This document shows positions 1 through 10,625 of a stretch of DNA of 64,000 nucleotides, in pieces. Source of the DNA: Schizochytrium sp. TIO01 (lineage: Eukaryota > Protista > Bigyra: Labyrinthulomycetes); contig SMSO01000014.1 in the NCBI GenBank assembly GCA_004764695.1, positions 4,226,845-4,290,844 of the forward strand, given 5' to 3'. The notes beneath the pieces are model-generated. The model ran no database searches and was not told where the DNA came from. It was given only the letters and a program-made list of their open reading frames with translations. The translations under genes were made by a program, and so were the position numbers. The stretch's first letter is position 1, and the number at the start of each line of letters is the position of its first letter.

Positions 1-76
1 TGGCATGGGAAGAGACAACACTTTGTTCGTGGCCGTTTGTATAAACCTCCTTGAGTGTAAGCGCTTCTGTCGCCAT
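1..76 (-). CDS. 5' end of a second SAM-dependent methyltransferase (tandem paralog of 911..1753), runs off the window start
   Basis: Manual translation from ATG at 76 gives MATEALTLKEVYTNGHEQSVVSSHA, matching KEVYTHGHHASVVASHA at the N-terminus of the neighbouring gene; same strand. Not in the ORF track. Confidence 0.8.
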   Translation of the reverse strand, partial: MATEALTLKEVYTNGHEQSVVSSHA

Positions 77-910
77 CGTGCTTCTTGCAGGAAAGCTGAG
101 CTGCTATATATTGCAGATAAACAAACGTCTAATGACCTGCAACTCCTCCAAGGCTAATTGTCACTAGTTGCCATGTCCAGAGACTCTCACGACTAATGCC
201 ACTCTGCAAGAAGCTCGGAGTCTTTCATGCAATCAACGTTTCAGATTTGATGAGTGGTTCCTCATATTGATTCCTGTTCGAAGAACTTGCTACACTATCC
301 ACTACTAGGAAATGCCTAGATACTCTTAAGAGAACCAATGACAATATCAGGACTGGAAATCAATTTGAAGGCGATCAAGCACTCTTTCTATCAAACTTCT
401 TGAACTTGCCTTTAGGAATCTTCGACCTAGGACTTTCTTTCTTTGCTAAAAGTAAAATCACAGATGTTATAGAACGAAGCACGTTCCTCAAATAACGTTT
501 GCGATGTTGAGAATAGTGGTGATTAATTAGTATGTCTCTAATTATCGTTGCAATGGTCGATTATGAAGCCAAGCTTCCAAGCGTCATGGTGTTAAAGAAA
601 GTATGGCGCATGATAATGTTTCGTTTTCAGTCATATGATCTTCATTTCGTCGTGAGCCCTCTAAGAAATCAAAACAAAAGCAAGATTTGTTAGCGTTGCG
701 GTTCGTACCGTCCTCTCTGTGTAGCTCAGAGGCAAGTGAGTATCTCGAAACATCATAAATCCTAGATCAAATTGCACAGAAAGACACAAAAGTATGAAAA
801 TCCATTCAAGGTCGTCAAGATCATCTTTTTTTAAAGTATAGAAGAAAGTAAATTATATAATCGGAGAACGAACTGTCTTACATGAAGAATGAGGCAGAAT
901 CCTTGTAAGT

Positions 911-1753
911 TTACTTTTTCCTTGCCAAGAGCTCACCATTGACATAGTAAAAGCATGCACCAGGTTCCTGGCCCCAGGAAGCCCAGGCGTCACTGATTTC
1001 CTTCAAGTCATCCATTGTTGCATGACCATACTCCTGAGCTTGAGTAGTAAAGCTGGATTTTAACGCACGTTCCTGCCAGCTGAAACCCCACTCCTTACAC
1101 TCCTCAGGGGTCGTGTACGGAACAGTAGAAAACCCCAATTCGATGTCTTCATGCTCGTCAAACCCGACTTGCATTGCCCAGTGTTTGAGATAACGACCCG
1201 CATCTGGCTCAGCACTGTTGGTACGGCAAGTTTTACGATAAACGTCCCGCCACTTGTCAATTGCGGCATACGGAGGATAAACGAGCATCGAAGAGTAATC
1301 GCTTTCACGGACTGCCACAAAGCCTCCCCTCTTCAAAACACGCCGCATTTCCTTGAGCGCAGCGATCGGATCCATGAGATGCTGCAATACTTGATGTGCA
1401 AAAACCACATCAAAGGTCTCATCCTGATACGGAAGCTCATACACGCTGCCAGCCTGCACCTCAACTTTACTTGCGACGCCAGCTTTCTTGGCTTCTTCCT
1501 GAGCACGAGTTACAATCTCTGGTGCGTTGTCGAGCGCATCAATTTTGGCGCAGTACTTTGCAAGGCCAGAAGTAATCGTACCTGGGCCACATCCAACGTC
1601 GAGAAGCCGGGTCTTTTGCACATCAAGGATGCCTCTATTGAGCAGGAATCCAGCGCATGACTCTGCAGTACGTTTGGCGTGGGAGGCAACAACGCTAGCG
1701 TGGTGTCCGTGAGTGTAAACCTCCTTGCCAACTCTCTTGAGGGTGCCAGACAT
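911..1753 (-). CDS. Class I SAM-dependent methyltransferase (UbiE/Methyltransf_11-like)
   Basis: 280-aa ORF with motif I LLDVGCGPG, LPYQDETFDVVFAHQVLQHL and LKEMRRVLKRGG. Confidence 0.92.
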   Translation of the reverse strand: MSGTLKRVGKEVYTHGHHASVVASHAKRTAESCAGFLLNRGILDVQKTRLLDVGCGPGTITSGLAKYCAKIDALDNAPEIVTRAQEEAKKAGVASKVEVQAGSVYELPYQDETFDVVFAHQVLQHLMDPIAALKEMRRVLKRGGFVAVRESDYSSMLVYPPYAAIDKWRDVYRKTCRTNSAEPDAGRYLKHWAMQVGFDEHEDIELGFSTVPYTTPEECKEWGFSWQERALKSSFTTQAQEYGHATMDDLKEISDAWASWGQEPGACFYYVNGELLARKK

Positions 1754-3822
1754 GGTTTCAATCTAAACAATCTAAACGAAACAACAATCTATCTTTCTCA
1801 AATAACAATAGCAACCAGAGCCGATGGAAAACCACTCGCAACTCTTCAGGATAGCACCTCCCACAAAGATAGGTGTGTCTCGACTGTTTGGAGGTCTGCA
1901 GCCAAGTCAAGTTTTGAGTTTGATGTGCCAGAATCGATCTTGTCTTTGCTATCAGGACGCCCTGCGTGGATCCATTTAACTTTCTATTGCAATTCTTGGT
2001 ACAACCTCCCTGAGAACCACCATCGCTCGGAACCGGAGTTGAAGAATTAAATAGACACCCAAATGAGCAATCACAGGACAGTGTAGTAGTGGGCTCTAGA
2101 AAATCATTTCATGAATGATGTAGCCGCATCATTCCACAGAGGTTATGCAAGGTATCTGAAGAGCGCATACTAAGCGCTTCACAGCTGATCTTTGAGGGAG
2201 ACACGCTCTACAGAGTAATTATTTAACAATATGTAAAAGGGGTGTAGGTCATTGAATTTATTCTTTTTGCCTTTTAAAAGAACACACTTTCGACGACGTA
2301 AGAATTTCAAGCAAGTGTCACTAAATGCTTGACACATAGTAGGAGACTAGTTTTGTTGAACACTAACAAAGACTGATTAGTAAGCAATTAACAAAGGGAG
2401 GTTTTTGGTGGGAGATTAAAGAAAAGATTGATCCCTCCCCACGATTTACTCCATGAAGTACTCTCAACTGACCATTAATTCCTATCGCTTATCGTGAAGA
2501 GGATTTAAGCGCCATATAACGTTGTTTTATATACGACTCTACCAGTGAAAAATTCCATTCGTGTCCTGTTCACGCGCCTTCAGTATAATATTCACCTCAT
2601 CTGCACTTGTGTACAGATGCACTATATGCTCAGCAATGAGTTGATGCGATTTAGTTGACAAGAGCCGAAAAGTCTCGATCCAAGGCTATCATTTAATTGA
2701 AGACCTTTTCGACGTGTTTCATATAATTGGTTCTACTGAAGTGCTGAATATTACTTTCTACATGGGACTGATTTCTGTTGGCATAGCTTGTTAATTTGTC
2801 CAACTATGCGTGCACAGCGAACGATAAATAAATGTCATTAGCCATGTATCACCATACGACTGAGCTATACTGCAGTATTACTTTGCATGTTATACGACAG
2901 TTTCATCGTTAATAACAATTGCCGGTATTGATCCAGACGAGAGTAGACATTCTTACACAAGCAATAGCAGTAAACTGTACATAGGATGATTGATGCATAG
3001 TCAACCCAATAACAAAGTAGAATAGTCGACGCGAACGAATGGGGTTGTGATTAGCGTTTAAGATAAGAAATATAACGATATGCAAGATAATATACGTAAT
3101 GCAATTTGAAGCAAAATGTTAAACATACCTTTCCAACTAAAACTTCATTTGAAAAGGCAATAGTTTCGTAACGGAGGTGAGAATCAGAATGATACGTTGT
3201 TGTAATATAAGCGACTTTATTGATTAGGATAGCTTTCTTTGTGAACTTGTCCAACGTTTATGTACATCAATTTTGCGTTAGAACAGACCCATAATCTTTC
3301 ATAAAATTCTACGGAACACCTTATGTAACAATAAAACAAATACAGAAAATTGAAATCAAAAAGGTAACTGCAGGTCGTGGCTCCCCCCCCCCGACTATCA
3401 GTATCAATTTTTTCATGGTGCGAGAGTATCAACATAAACAAAGTAAATTATTCGAATAAATTATTATAAGAGCATTGAATCAACGAAGATGAAATTGCAA
3501 AGCAACAATGCGAGAGCGACAGAGCGAGAGACAGAGACTCGCAGCCACGCGCGTGGCAAAAATTAATTAAAACAAACACGAAGTGAAGACTGAAACCAAG
3601 ATACAACAATATCGTTTGGGCGAAATGTACTGGCACAAGAAAAGCTGATTAAAACTTTCCGAAATCTAAACAGAGAAGCACTTAAATTTCACTTTACATG
3701 ACAATGTTTTCATCAGGAATCGCAACGTCAGTCTCGGCCTCAGGAACATGGGAAGACAGGGAATTGGTTATCTTGGACTACGTTAAAAAACCATCCAACT
3801 TCGCGAGCTATCCACAAAACCA

Positions 3823-6800
3823 CTAATCCTTGTATGTAAAATGTTGGATTGTTGCCTGTTCGCGCTGGTCCTGCTCGGCATCTGCGAGATCCGCTGTTTG
3901 TAAAGCAGTCAAGTCGACTGGGTGAGCCTGGTGCTGCCGTTCTTGGTGCCGAGGATGCACTTGAATAATAGGGGGAAGTGGTATGTCGTGACTATGATGA
4001 TGGGTATCTGCTGAAGTATGCTCTGCGTGGTGACCAGTTAGTGAAGAATGGTGTACTTGTTCATCCCCCTCAGAAAACTGAGTAACGCTCATGTGACGAG
4101 ACCGGCCTGGTACAGTAGAAGCATCGGGCGCACCATGATCTGCTTGTTGCCTACGATCTTCAGCCTGGTGGCGGGCATTTGGGTGGCGTGAGTCGCCATC
4201 GCTTAAATCCCCATTGTCATCGTCACTGTTCAAGGAAGATGACTTCTTTTTGGACTTTTTATCTATTGTAACACGTTTAATGTTGTAGTGAGAGTGCCAT
4301 TGCGTCCAGCATGACGCTCGCTGTTTAGTTGAGTATTTAATTTGCTTGTGAAGAACAACATTGCAAAAAGCGCACTGCTTTCGCGCGGCCTCACCACAAA
4401 GTACACAACGGCGTGGTTTTTTGAGTGTCTCTTCTCGATGAGTGTTAGCCGATAACCGGAGTTGGCGAACAGTATGACTATTTGCCATGTCAATTACTCC
4501 ACGTTTTTTATCTGGAATACGCAATTTCGCGTGGGCTTCTGCGCTTAATACAGGCGATGGAACAGATTCGTAGGGATTTGAAGAGTACATCGGAGGTCCT
4601 GCTGTCTCTACCACTTCCGACGCACGGTCTTCCCGAAGCATTTCGGCCCGCGAAAGAAGATTCAGAGATATCTGCTCCACAAAATTTATGACACTAGCGT
4701 GGAGGTCCCCACGCAAATATGAATCTACGCCTTCTACGCCCTTTTCTCTCCACAACTGGTGAGCATTCCACAATATTGCAGTATTCGTCAAGCTTGCGAA
4801 TATCTTCTTTCTCACAATATTTGATTCGTACATTGTGGACTCTGAAGGTTCGTGATTGAGACTGTATAAACTCTTATCGTACAAATGAAACCCTGTATGG
4901 GCTTGCTCGTGTATCACTTTCACAACACTATGCATCGATTGAAGCGGTGGCAGAACTTTCTCCTTACCCAGAGTCTGCGTCCGAAAGCCAGACCAGATTT
5001 GAAATCGGCCACGTATGGCCGCCCGGCGCGAACCTTCAAAACAACTCGGAATGACGGACGGGTCCATCACATCCGCATTATGATTCCATGCCCACTGCGC
5101 ATATGTTTTTGCTTTCTCATTTACCAAAATACCCCATAATTCCTGAACCTCTTCTGGAAAGTGAACAATCGCAGTATACTCAATTCTTTCATTTGTTGCC
5201 ATTGAAAATAGGCCGCACGGTACTCCCATTACATATGCCGAATGCAGGAGACGGATTCGAAAAGGACGGGGGATCATCTCTAACCAGTTTTTGCTGCCAG
5301 CCTTGATGATTGAAAAGTTCCCATGTTTATTTGAAATATCTCGAATCGCGGCAGAATTGGCCCCCTGTTGAGACGCCATGCAGACTTCAGCTGGGCACAA
5401 TATTCGGTGTGACGTGTTGAGATCACCTTGTCTCTGTGGATGCACGACACAGACTGCTGCAGGGGCACATGCGATGGCAAGGTTATCTTGCAAGTGAAGA
5501 AGACCTACAGAAAAAACTGCTTCTACATTCCTCAGGCTCCTCAAACGTTTACTGACCTCCGCCGGTGGACGATCTTTAGGCATCTGAAGCCATTCGTCAC
5601 ATAAGATCGCAGCTTCTTGAGTTTCTGTGAAAGACTCTGGTACAAATTGCAAAGGATCTCCTAGGATTTGCGCCAACTTTAATGATGAATCAGACGATAA
5701 TACTGACAATGGAGCTGTTGTGAAGGTACTTGTATCGCGAAAAAGGGCTTCGCATGAGTCTTCAGAGATAACAAAGGATTGCAGTACATTCCAGTCCATG
5801 CCGCATTGATAGAGAGTGAGAGGTTTCAGGCGGGTTCCTAACATTTTCTCTAGACAATCAGAAGTCAATGTGGGAAGTGTGTGCAATTCTTTTTGACTTA
5901 GTATTGTGTCAGAGAAGTCAAAGAGTTCTTCATCATCTTGGTTGACTTCGTTTTCCGCGTCAAGTTGTAATCTCCATCCGGTTTCGATATCTTGAGAAGA
6001 CCACTCTGGATTACTAAGGAGCTCTGTCCCTGTTTTTGACTTGTTCACAAATCCAGGGAATATTTGCTCATCTGCCTCAGGTTCATACATTGACAGGCTT
6101 GAATATAGCTGCCTTTCAAGTGCCACATCTATTCCCATCGGTTGAACTACAAAGTGATGCATAATGCGAGCAAGGGATTCTGAGAGAGTGAGGTTTTGTG
6201 AGCCTGATTGTGACAAGAGAATGAAATGATCCACGGCATTTCCAGCATCCGGAACTCGCACTGCCAGGGCATGGGCTTTCATAGCATGGTCCCTCGGATA
6301 ACTTGACTTGACCTCTGCTGTAGCAGTTGATGCAAAGCTTTCCACCCATGCATGCGCGCCTGGCGCAGGGATACCTAGGCTACTGCACGAGAGCGTACAC
6401 TCTTCGACTCCACCGAAAACAGGCCAAGGTATAAAGGGGCTCATACCGCCGCGACGCGAAGTGTGCTTCGACTTGCTCACCAAAGAAACGTTCATGTTTG
6501 CACACGCGCGAAGAAACCCTGCGCTTGGGACTGGAGTGCTAATATACGCGCACACCCCGTACAACGAGCTGACACGCTTATTCACCTTGAGGCGTTGTAA
6601 TGCATGTAAAATGAGTTGCTCGTCATTAGTTTCGCTCTGTGCATGAGTGCTGAAAAGGTGAATAGGGAAACATGCATCATAGCATGAAGTAGACTTGAGA
6701 TTGGTGTTGTCCAACTTCATCTTGGATTGACCGATGCAAAACTTTGACGCCAGCGGCAGTCCCTCATGAATCACGATGGATTTGCCAAGTTCAACACGCC

Positions 6801-7485
6801 GTACTACAAAATCTGCAAAAGATTGCTCCAAGACCTCAAAAGGGTCTTCAAATGAGTCTGGCGGCGGCCCATGGTGGTCAAAGCCGCTAAGGAACTCGCA
6901 AATTTCTGTGTAGCGATCCTGAGAGATAAGTGCATCAATGCCGCTACGCCTCGCAATCATAATAACACCCTCAAGCGAGGTGATAGCAGAGTTATTTGAC
7001 AAGTTTGTTAGACTCTTCCAGAGCAGCATAGCCAGAAACGAAATGAATTCCCACTCCTCAACTGGTCTTGCGCCCTGAGACGCCTCCATGCGATCTCTAG
7101 TCCACTCAAAAATCTGCATCCGAGCCTCTCCCAAATTCTGAAAGAAGGCCTCTACTCCAGCAGATCCAGCTGCCGACACTCCTGACATCGCATCTACATG
7201 CCACATTGCGTCAAGCTTCGACATGGCATTCTGAATTGCATTTAAACGTTGCTTTTCGAAGTCAAGATCCTCCATAGTCTCTGCTGCCGTCATTACTGTG
7301 AGTCCACGTTGCGAAGCAAACCCTGGAGCCCACAAGAGATCTTCCACAGCACCGTGGGCATGCTCAGTTAAATTTGCCACATCTTCACATGTGCCCACTC
7401 TCCGTCTCTTCAAGTTTAATTCTGTTGCTGTGTTATCGCCTTCTTCGCGACGATCACTGTTCACGCTATTGATGGCTGCCTCCAT
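3823..7485 (-). CDS. Large transposase-derived protein: piggyBac-like N-terminus and C-terminal Cys-rich finger, degenerate YqaJ-like insert, His-rich tail
   Basis: Uninterrupted ~1220-aa ORF (first ATG 7485). EFISFLAMLL...SQDRYTEICEFLSGFD resembles the piggyBac N-terminal helices; RRCVLCGEAARKQCAFCNVVLH...CWTQWH resembles the piggyBac Cys-rich domain. The CDS itself is secure; the family call is by eye. Confidence 0.55.
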   Translation of the reverse strand: MEAAINSVNSDRREEGDNTATELNLKRRRVGTCEDVANLTEHAHGAVEDLLWAPGFASQRGLTVMTAAETMEDLDFEKQRLNAIQNAMSKLDAMWHVDAMSGVSAAGSAGVEAFFQNLGEARMQIFEWTRDRMEASQGARPVEEWEFISFLAMLLWKSLTNLSNNSAITSLEGVIMIARRSGIDALISQDRYTEICEFLSGFDHHGPPPDSFEDPFEVLEQSFADFVVRRVELGKSIVIHEGLPLASKFCIGQSKMKLDNTNLKSTSCYDACFPIHLFSTHAQSETNDEQLILHALQRLKVNKRVSSLYGVCAYISTPVPSAGFLRACANMNVSLVSKSKHTSRRGGMSPFIPWPVFGGVEECTLSCSSLGIPAPGAHAWVESFASTATAEVKSSYPRDHAMKAHALAVRVPDAGNAVDHFILLSQSGSQNLTLSESLARIMHHFVVQPMGIDVALERQLYSSLSMYEPEADEQIFPGFVNKSKTGTELLSNPEWSSQDIETGWRLQLDAENEVNQDDEELFDFSDTILSQKELHTLPTLTSDCLEKMLGTRLKPLTLYQCGMDWNVLQSFVISEDSCEALFRDTSTFTTAPLSVLSSDSSLKLAQILGDPLQFVPESFTETQEAAILCDEWLQMPKDRPPAEVSKRLRSLRNVEAVFSVGLLHLQDNLAIACAPAAVCVVHPQRQGDLNTSHRILCPAEVCMASQQGANSAAIRDISNKHGNFSIIKAGSKNWLEMIPRPFRIRLLHSAYVMGVPCGLFSMATNERIEYTAIVHFPEEVQELWGILVNEKAKTYAQWAWNHNADVMDPSVIPSCFEGSRRAAIRGRFQIWSGFRTQTLGKEKVLPPLQSMHSVVKVIHEQAHTGFHLYDKSLYSLNHEPSESTMYESNIVRKKIFASLTNTAILWNAHQLWREKGVEGVDSYLRGDLHASVINFVEQISLNLLSRAEMLREDRASEVVETAGPPMYSSNPYESVPSPVLSAEAHAKLRIPDKKRGVIDMANSHTVRQLRLSANTHREETLKKPRRCVLCGEAARKQCAFCNVVLHKQIKYSTKQRASCWTQWHSHYNIKRVTIDKKSKKKSSSLNSDDDNGDLSDGDSRHPNARHQAEDRRQQADHGAPDASTVPGRSRHMSVTQFSEGDEQVHHSSLTGHHAEHTSADTHHHSHDIPLPPIIQVHPRHQERQHQAHPVDLTALQTADLADAEQDQREQATIQHFTYKD

Positions 7486-7904
7486 GCCGCCACCTTCTAG
7501 CCCGTCCAGATATAAAGCCAATTAGGACAGCCTCTTCGATGGCTGTAGGACCCAATCAACACGATGCACTCAGCGCTGTGGATTTGACCTCTTACCACGT
7601 TCTGGACGTGACCTCAGTTTGCGCTTGATTTCGTCAGTTTGAGGTCATCTTTTGTCAATATGAACCTCAAAACACTTCAATCGATTTCGATTTTGGGGGA
7701 AAATCTAAAATTCCCCGCATTCCCTTCTGCGCCTGTTGTCTACCGTGGGCGTGGTAGAACTATAATATATTATGGAAGTGGTGAACGGATACATTGATGT
7801 CTAATTAGATTGGTGTTTTGGAGGTAGAGTGCTTAGTGCAAGGCCAAGAAATCACTCAACATAAGAGCAAACCATTCTTTGCGCGGATTGATACATAGAA
7901 AAGG

Positions 7905-8258
7905 ATGGGCCGCATGCACGATGGTTTGCCAGAAGCAAGGTTCATGGTGATGTGCGCTGCAGATGAATCATCAATGGCCTACGTAGAACCTCTTTCGGTT
8001 CGTATTAGTCTTGGGGAAACTGTAGCAGCACTCAAGACGAAGATCGTAGAAGCAAGCTTGAGGTCGGCTACGCCACTGGATGAGACATTTTTGGTGGAGA
8101 TGAAGCTCGTACTTGGCAATGAGACATTGATGGAGAACTCACGATCTCTTGAGTCATACACAAAAGAGTTTGCCATGAATAGCATAGGTACCCCCAAGGG
8201 TTACATGGGAATGCTTTGCATTGCAAATGGTGTTATTGGCGCGCCGTTCGGAACATAA
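7905..8258 (+). CDS. Small protein with a probable ubiquitin-like fold
   Basis: 117 aa; ETVAALKTKI...MKLVLGNETLMENSRSLESY follows the Ubl pattern TVxxLKxKI...LxxxGxxLxDxxxLxxY. Confidence 0.55.
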   Translation: MGRMHDGLPEARFMVMCAADESSMAYVEPLSVRISLGETVAALKTKIVEASLRSATPLDETFLVEMKLVLGNETLMENSRSLESYTKEFAMNSIGTPKGYMGMLCIANGVIGAPFGT

Positions 8259-9054
8259 ATGATGGTGCCAGGTTCTAGGTCCGAGCTTCTTTGGATACAT
8301 TTAAATGAATGTGTAATGGCCCTTGCCCTTGTTCTATATATGCATCAAAATTAAAATATATATGAAAATATGGTTGAGCTCTACTATTTTAGTCGGTATG
8401 TTCTCATTAGATTTGTGAATCTTGATTGGTTTTTAATATGCTGGTTTCTAACTCCGTCTATTTGAGTAGACTCTGCTACTCTGGAGATGCCATTCATGTT
8501 GATTCCTTAAATTGAGCAACTGCTGAATCATATTGATCGTCCTTTCCTAAACTTCAGTATTAGCTTAGACGAGGGAAAATTATGGTGGCATTCTATAACC
8601 AAAAGACAAGCGTAGTTTCCATGTAGGCACTCTGCTGCCATTAGTGTAATAAAAGTAAATATATATTTAAAATGGAATGTTGGGGCATAGCAAAACTACT
8701 AAGCGCTTAAAATTTGCACCTACGTGTTGTACCAATTTAAAAAGTAGTTCAACTCTTTTAAATCTACCTTCCTGAGCTCGATGCTGTGCCCTGAGGTTTA
8801 CTCCACCAATCCAAAGCTAAAAAATACGCGCAAAGCTCTATAAATTCTGAAATAAGACTCATCACAAGGTCTTCAATACCGTCCTAAAGTTTAACATAGA
8901 TGATCTCTACCAAACCAACGCCATTAAAAATTTTGAAAAAGAATTGTGACATCCTATTTCTATCTCTATAATCACAACCCAAAACCTCAAACCTCAAACT
9001 TCAAACTAGATTCCTGTTGCTGCTCCCCTGCGCCTATCTCAAAGCTCGTGCGCC

Positions 9055-9813
9055 ATGCCCAGGCCCGCCGATGGCCGCTCGAGGCCAGGTGGCGGCAAGC
9101 CCGTGGATGACCGTGTGCTACTTAAAGATCCAGCGTTGCTCGAGGCGGAGATCGCGCGGCTTGAGGCCAAGGTGGTCTCAAACGACGCGTCTAAAACGAG
9201 GAGCGCCAATACTGACGACAAAGATAAAAATCAATCTCGAGAGACTGCAGAGCGAGATAGAAATCGACTAAAAATGCTCAAGATGCAACAAGCACGTCTG
9301 AGAAGCCGCTCTGCGCGGACAGAAAAATTGCGAGCGGACTACGAGTCACGTGCCAAGGCCAAACGTGCTTTAGAAGGCAATACTGGTAAGAATACGGGTT
9401 CTGAGCACGGGTCTGAGCCCAAAAAGTACAAGTATGCCAACATTCAAGGTCGTCAGGTCGTCATTGCAGGCCGCAATGGAGTCCCACCGCCCCCACCACC
9501 GCCCCCACCACCAGGGGTTAACACCGGCGAGTCGGGGTCAGATGTGAGAGCTCCATCACCACCGCCATGGCCTCCTGTACCACCGCGAGAGATCCCTCCC
9601 CCACCTCGTGCAAACCGACCGCTACGAAGAATTCCGCCTCCACCACCTTCAGAATACGCCCTTCGGCAGCAGCAGCAAAATACTGAGGCAGCCGAGTCAC
9701 AAAAAGCAAAGGAAGCACCTGAAGAAATTAAAAAGACGGAGAACAACCATGCTGACGAAAGCCGAGGAGCTGTGCGCGCTGCAATTGATCTGAGCAAATA
9801 CCAACGTTCATGA
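9055..9813 (+). CDS. Coiled-coil plus poly-proline protein (weak resemblance to the WBP11 N-terminal region)
   Basis: 252-aa ATG ORF; LKDPALLEAEIARLE helix, basic coiled coil and several PPPPP tracts. Confidence 0.6.
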   Translation: MPRPADGRSRPGGGKPVDDRVLLKDPALLEAEIARLEAKVVSNDASKTRSANTDDKDKNQSRETAERDRNRLKMLKMQQARLRSRSARTEKLRADYESRAKAKRALEGNTGKNTGSEHGSEPKKYKYANIQGRQVVIAGRNGVPPPPPPPPPPGVNTGESGSDVRAPSPPPWPPVPPREIPPPPRANRPLRRIPPPPPSEYALRQQQQNTEAAESQKAKEAPEEIKKTENNHADESRGAVRAAIDLSKYQRS

Positions 9814-10625
9814 GAGAATCTTGACCGCAACGATTATGACGTTGCATAAATGCAATGCTTTGAGCTCACTAATGGCAAGTTCATTGCCTGTTTTCCCTTC
9901 TTTAAGGCATTGGTTTACATACCCCAATACTGTGATATGCTAGAATAGAATTGACATTACCTATAATTTGATTGAACACGGACAAGAAGATTTCATACAA
10001 CCATGATTTCCATTCAGACCTGCCACAAGACGACCTTCAAGCATGATTTTCATCTATTATTTTCATCTATTATTATACATCTATGATAATTACCTAAAAT
10101 CACCCCAGCTCCAGGTTCACACAGGGCACTTTTAGTCTGTTCCGGCCTTGCTTCTTTCCATCACGCCGGCCAAATCAACGTCTAAACCCAGCATCATCCT
10201 ATGATGCGTTGTTTTGCCAATTACAGGAGCCACTAAAGTTCTCCTCCCCAAACTATGTATACCCCCATCTCCTCCAGCTCCTGATTCTGACACTATCCCC
10301 TCAACTATCCTCTCCACGAGCTATCAATCATTGCTGTGAAACTACGACCCTAACCTATATATACGCCCCTTCCACATCCTCTTCATCTTCGAGAATTGTC
10401 TCATTTCTTTACGCTGCTCGTTAAGGGCGGCACTTTCTGCCTTTCTCTATTAAGAAAGGCCTCTTCTCAGCTCTCTTTTTCGAACTTGGAACGGCCACGG
10501 AACGCAAATTTCTATCTTTCGAAATGCGTGTGTACAGGATTTGGAGATTTTATTTTTAATACTCTGGAAAGTCAAACGTTCAACGCCCGACCACGTGCGG
10601 TTTCTTTTCACGTTTGGTGGCGGCG

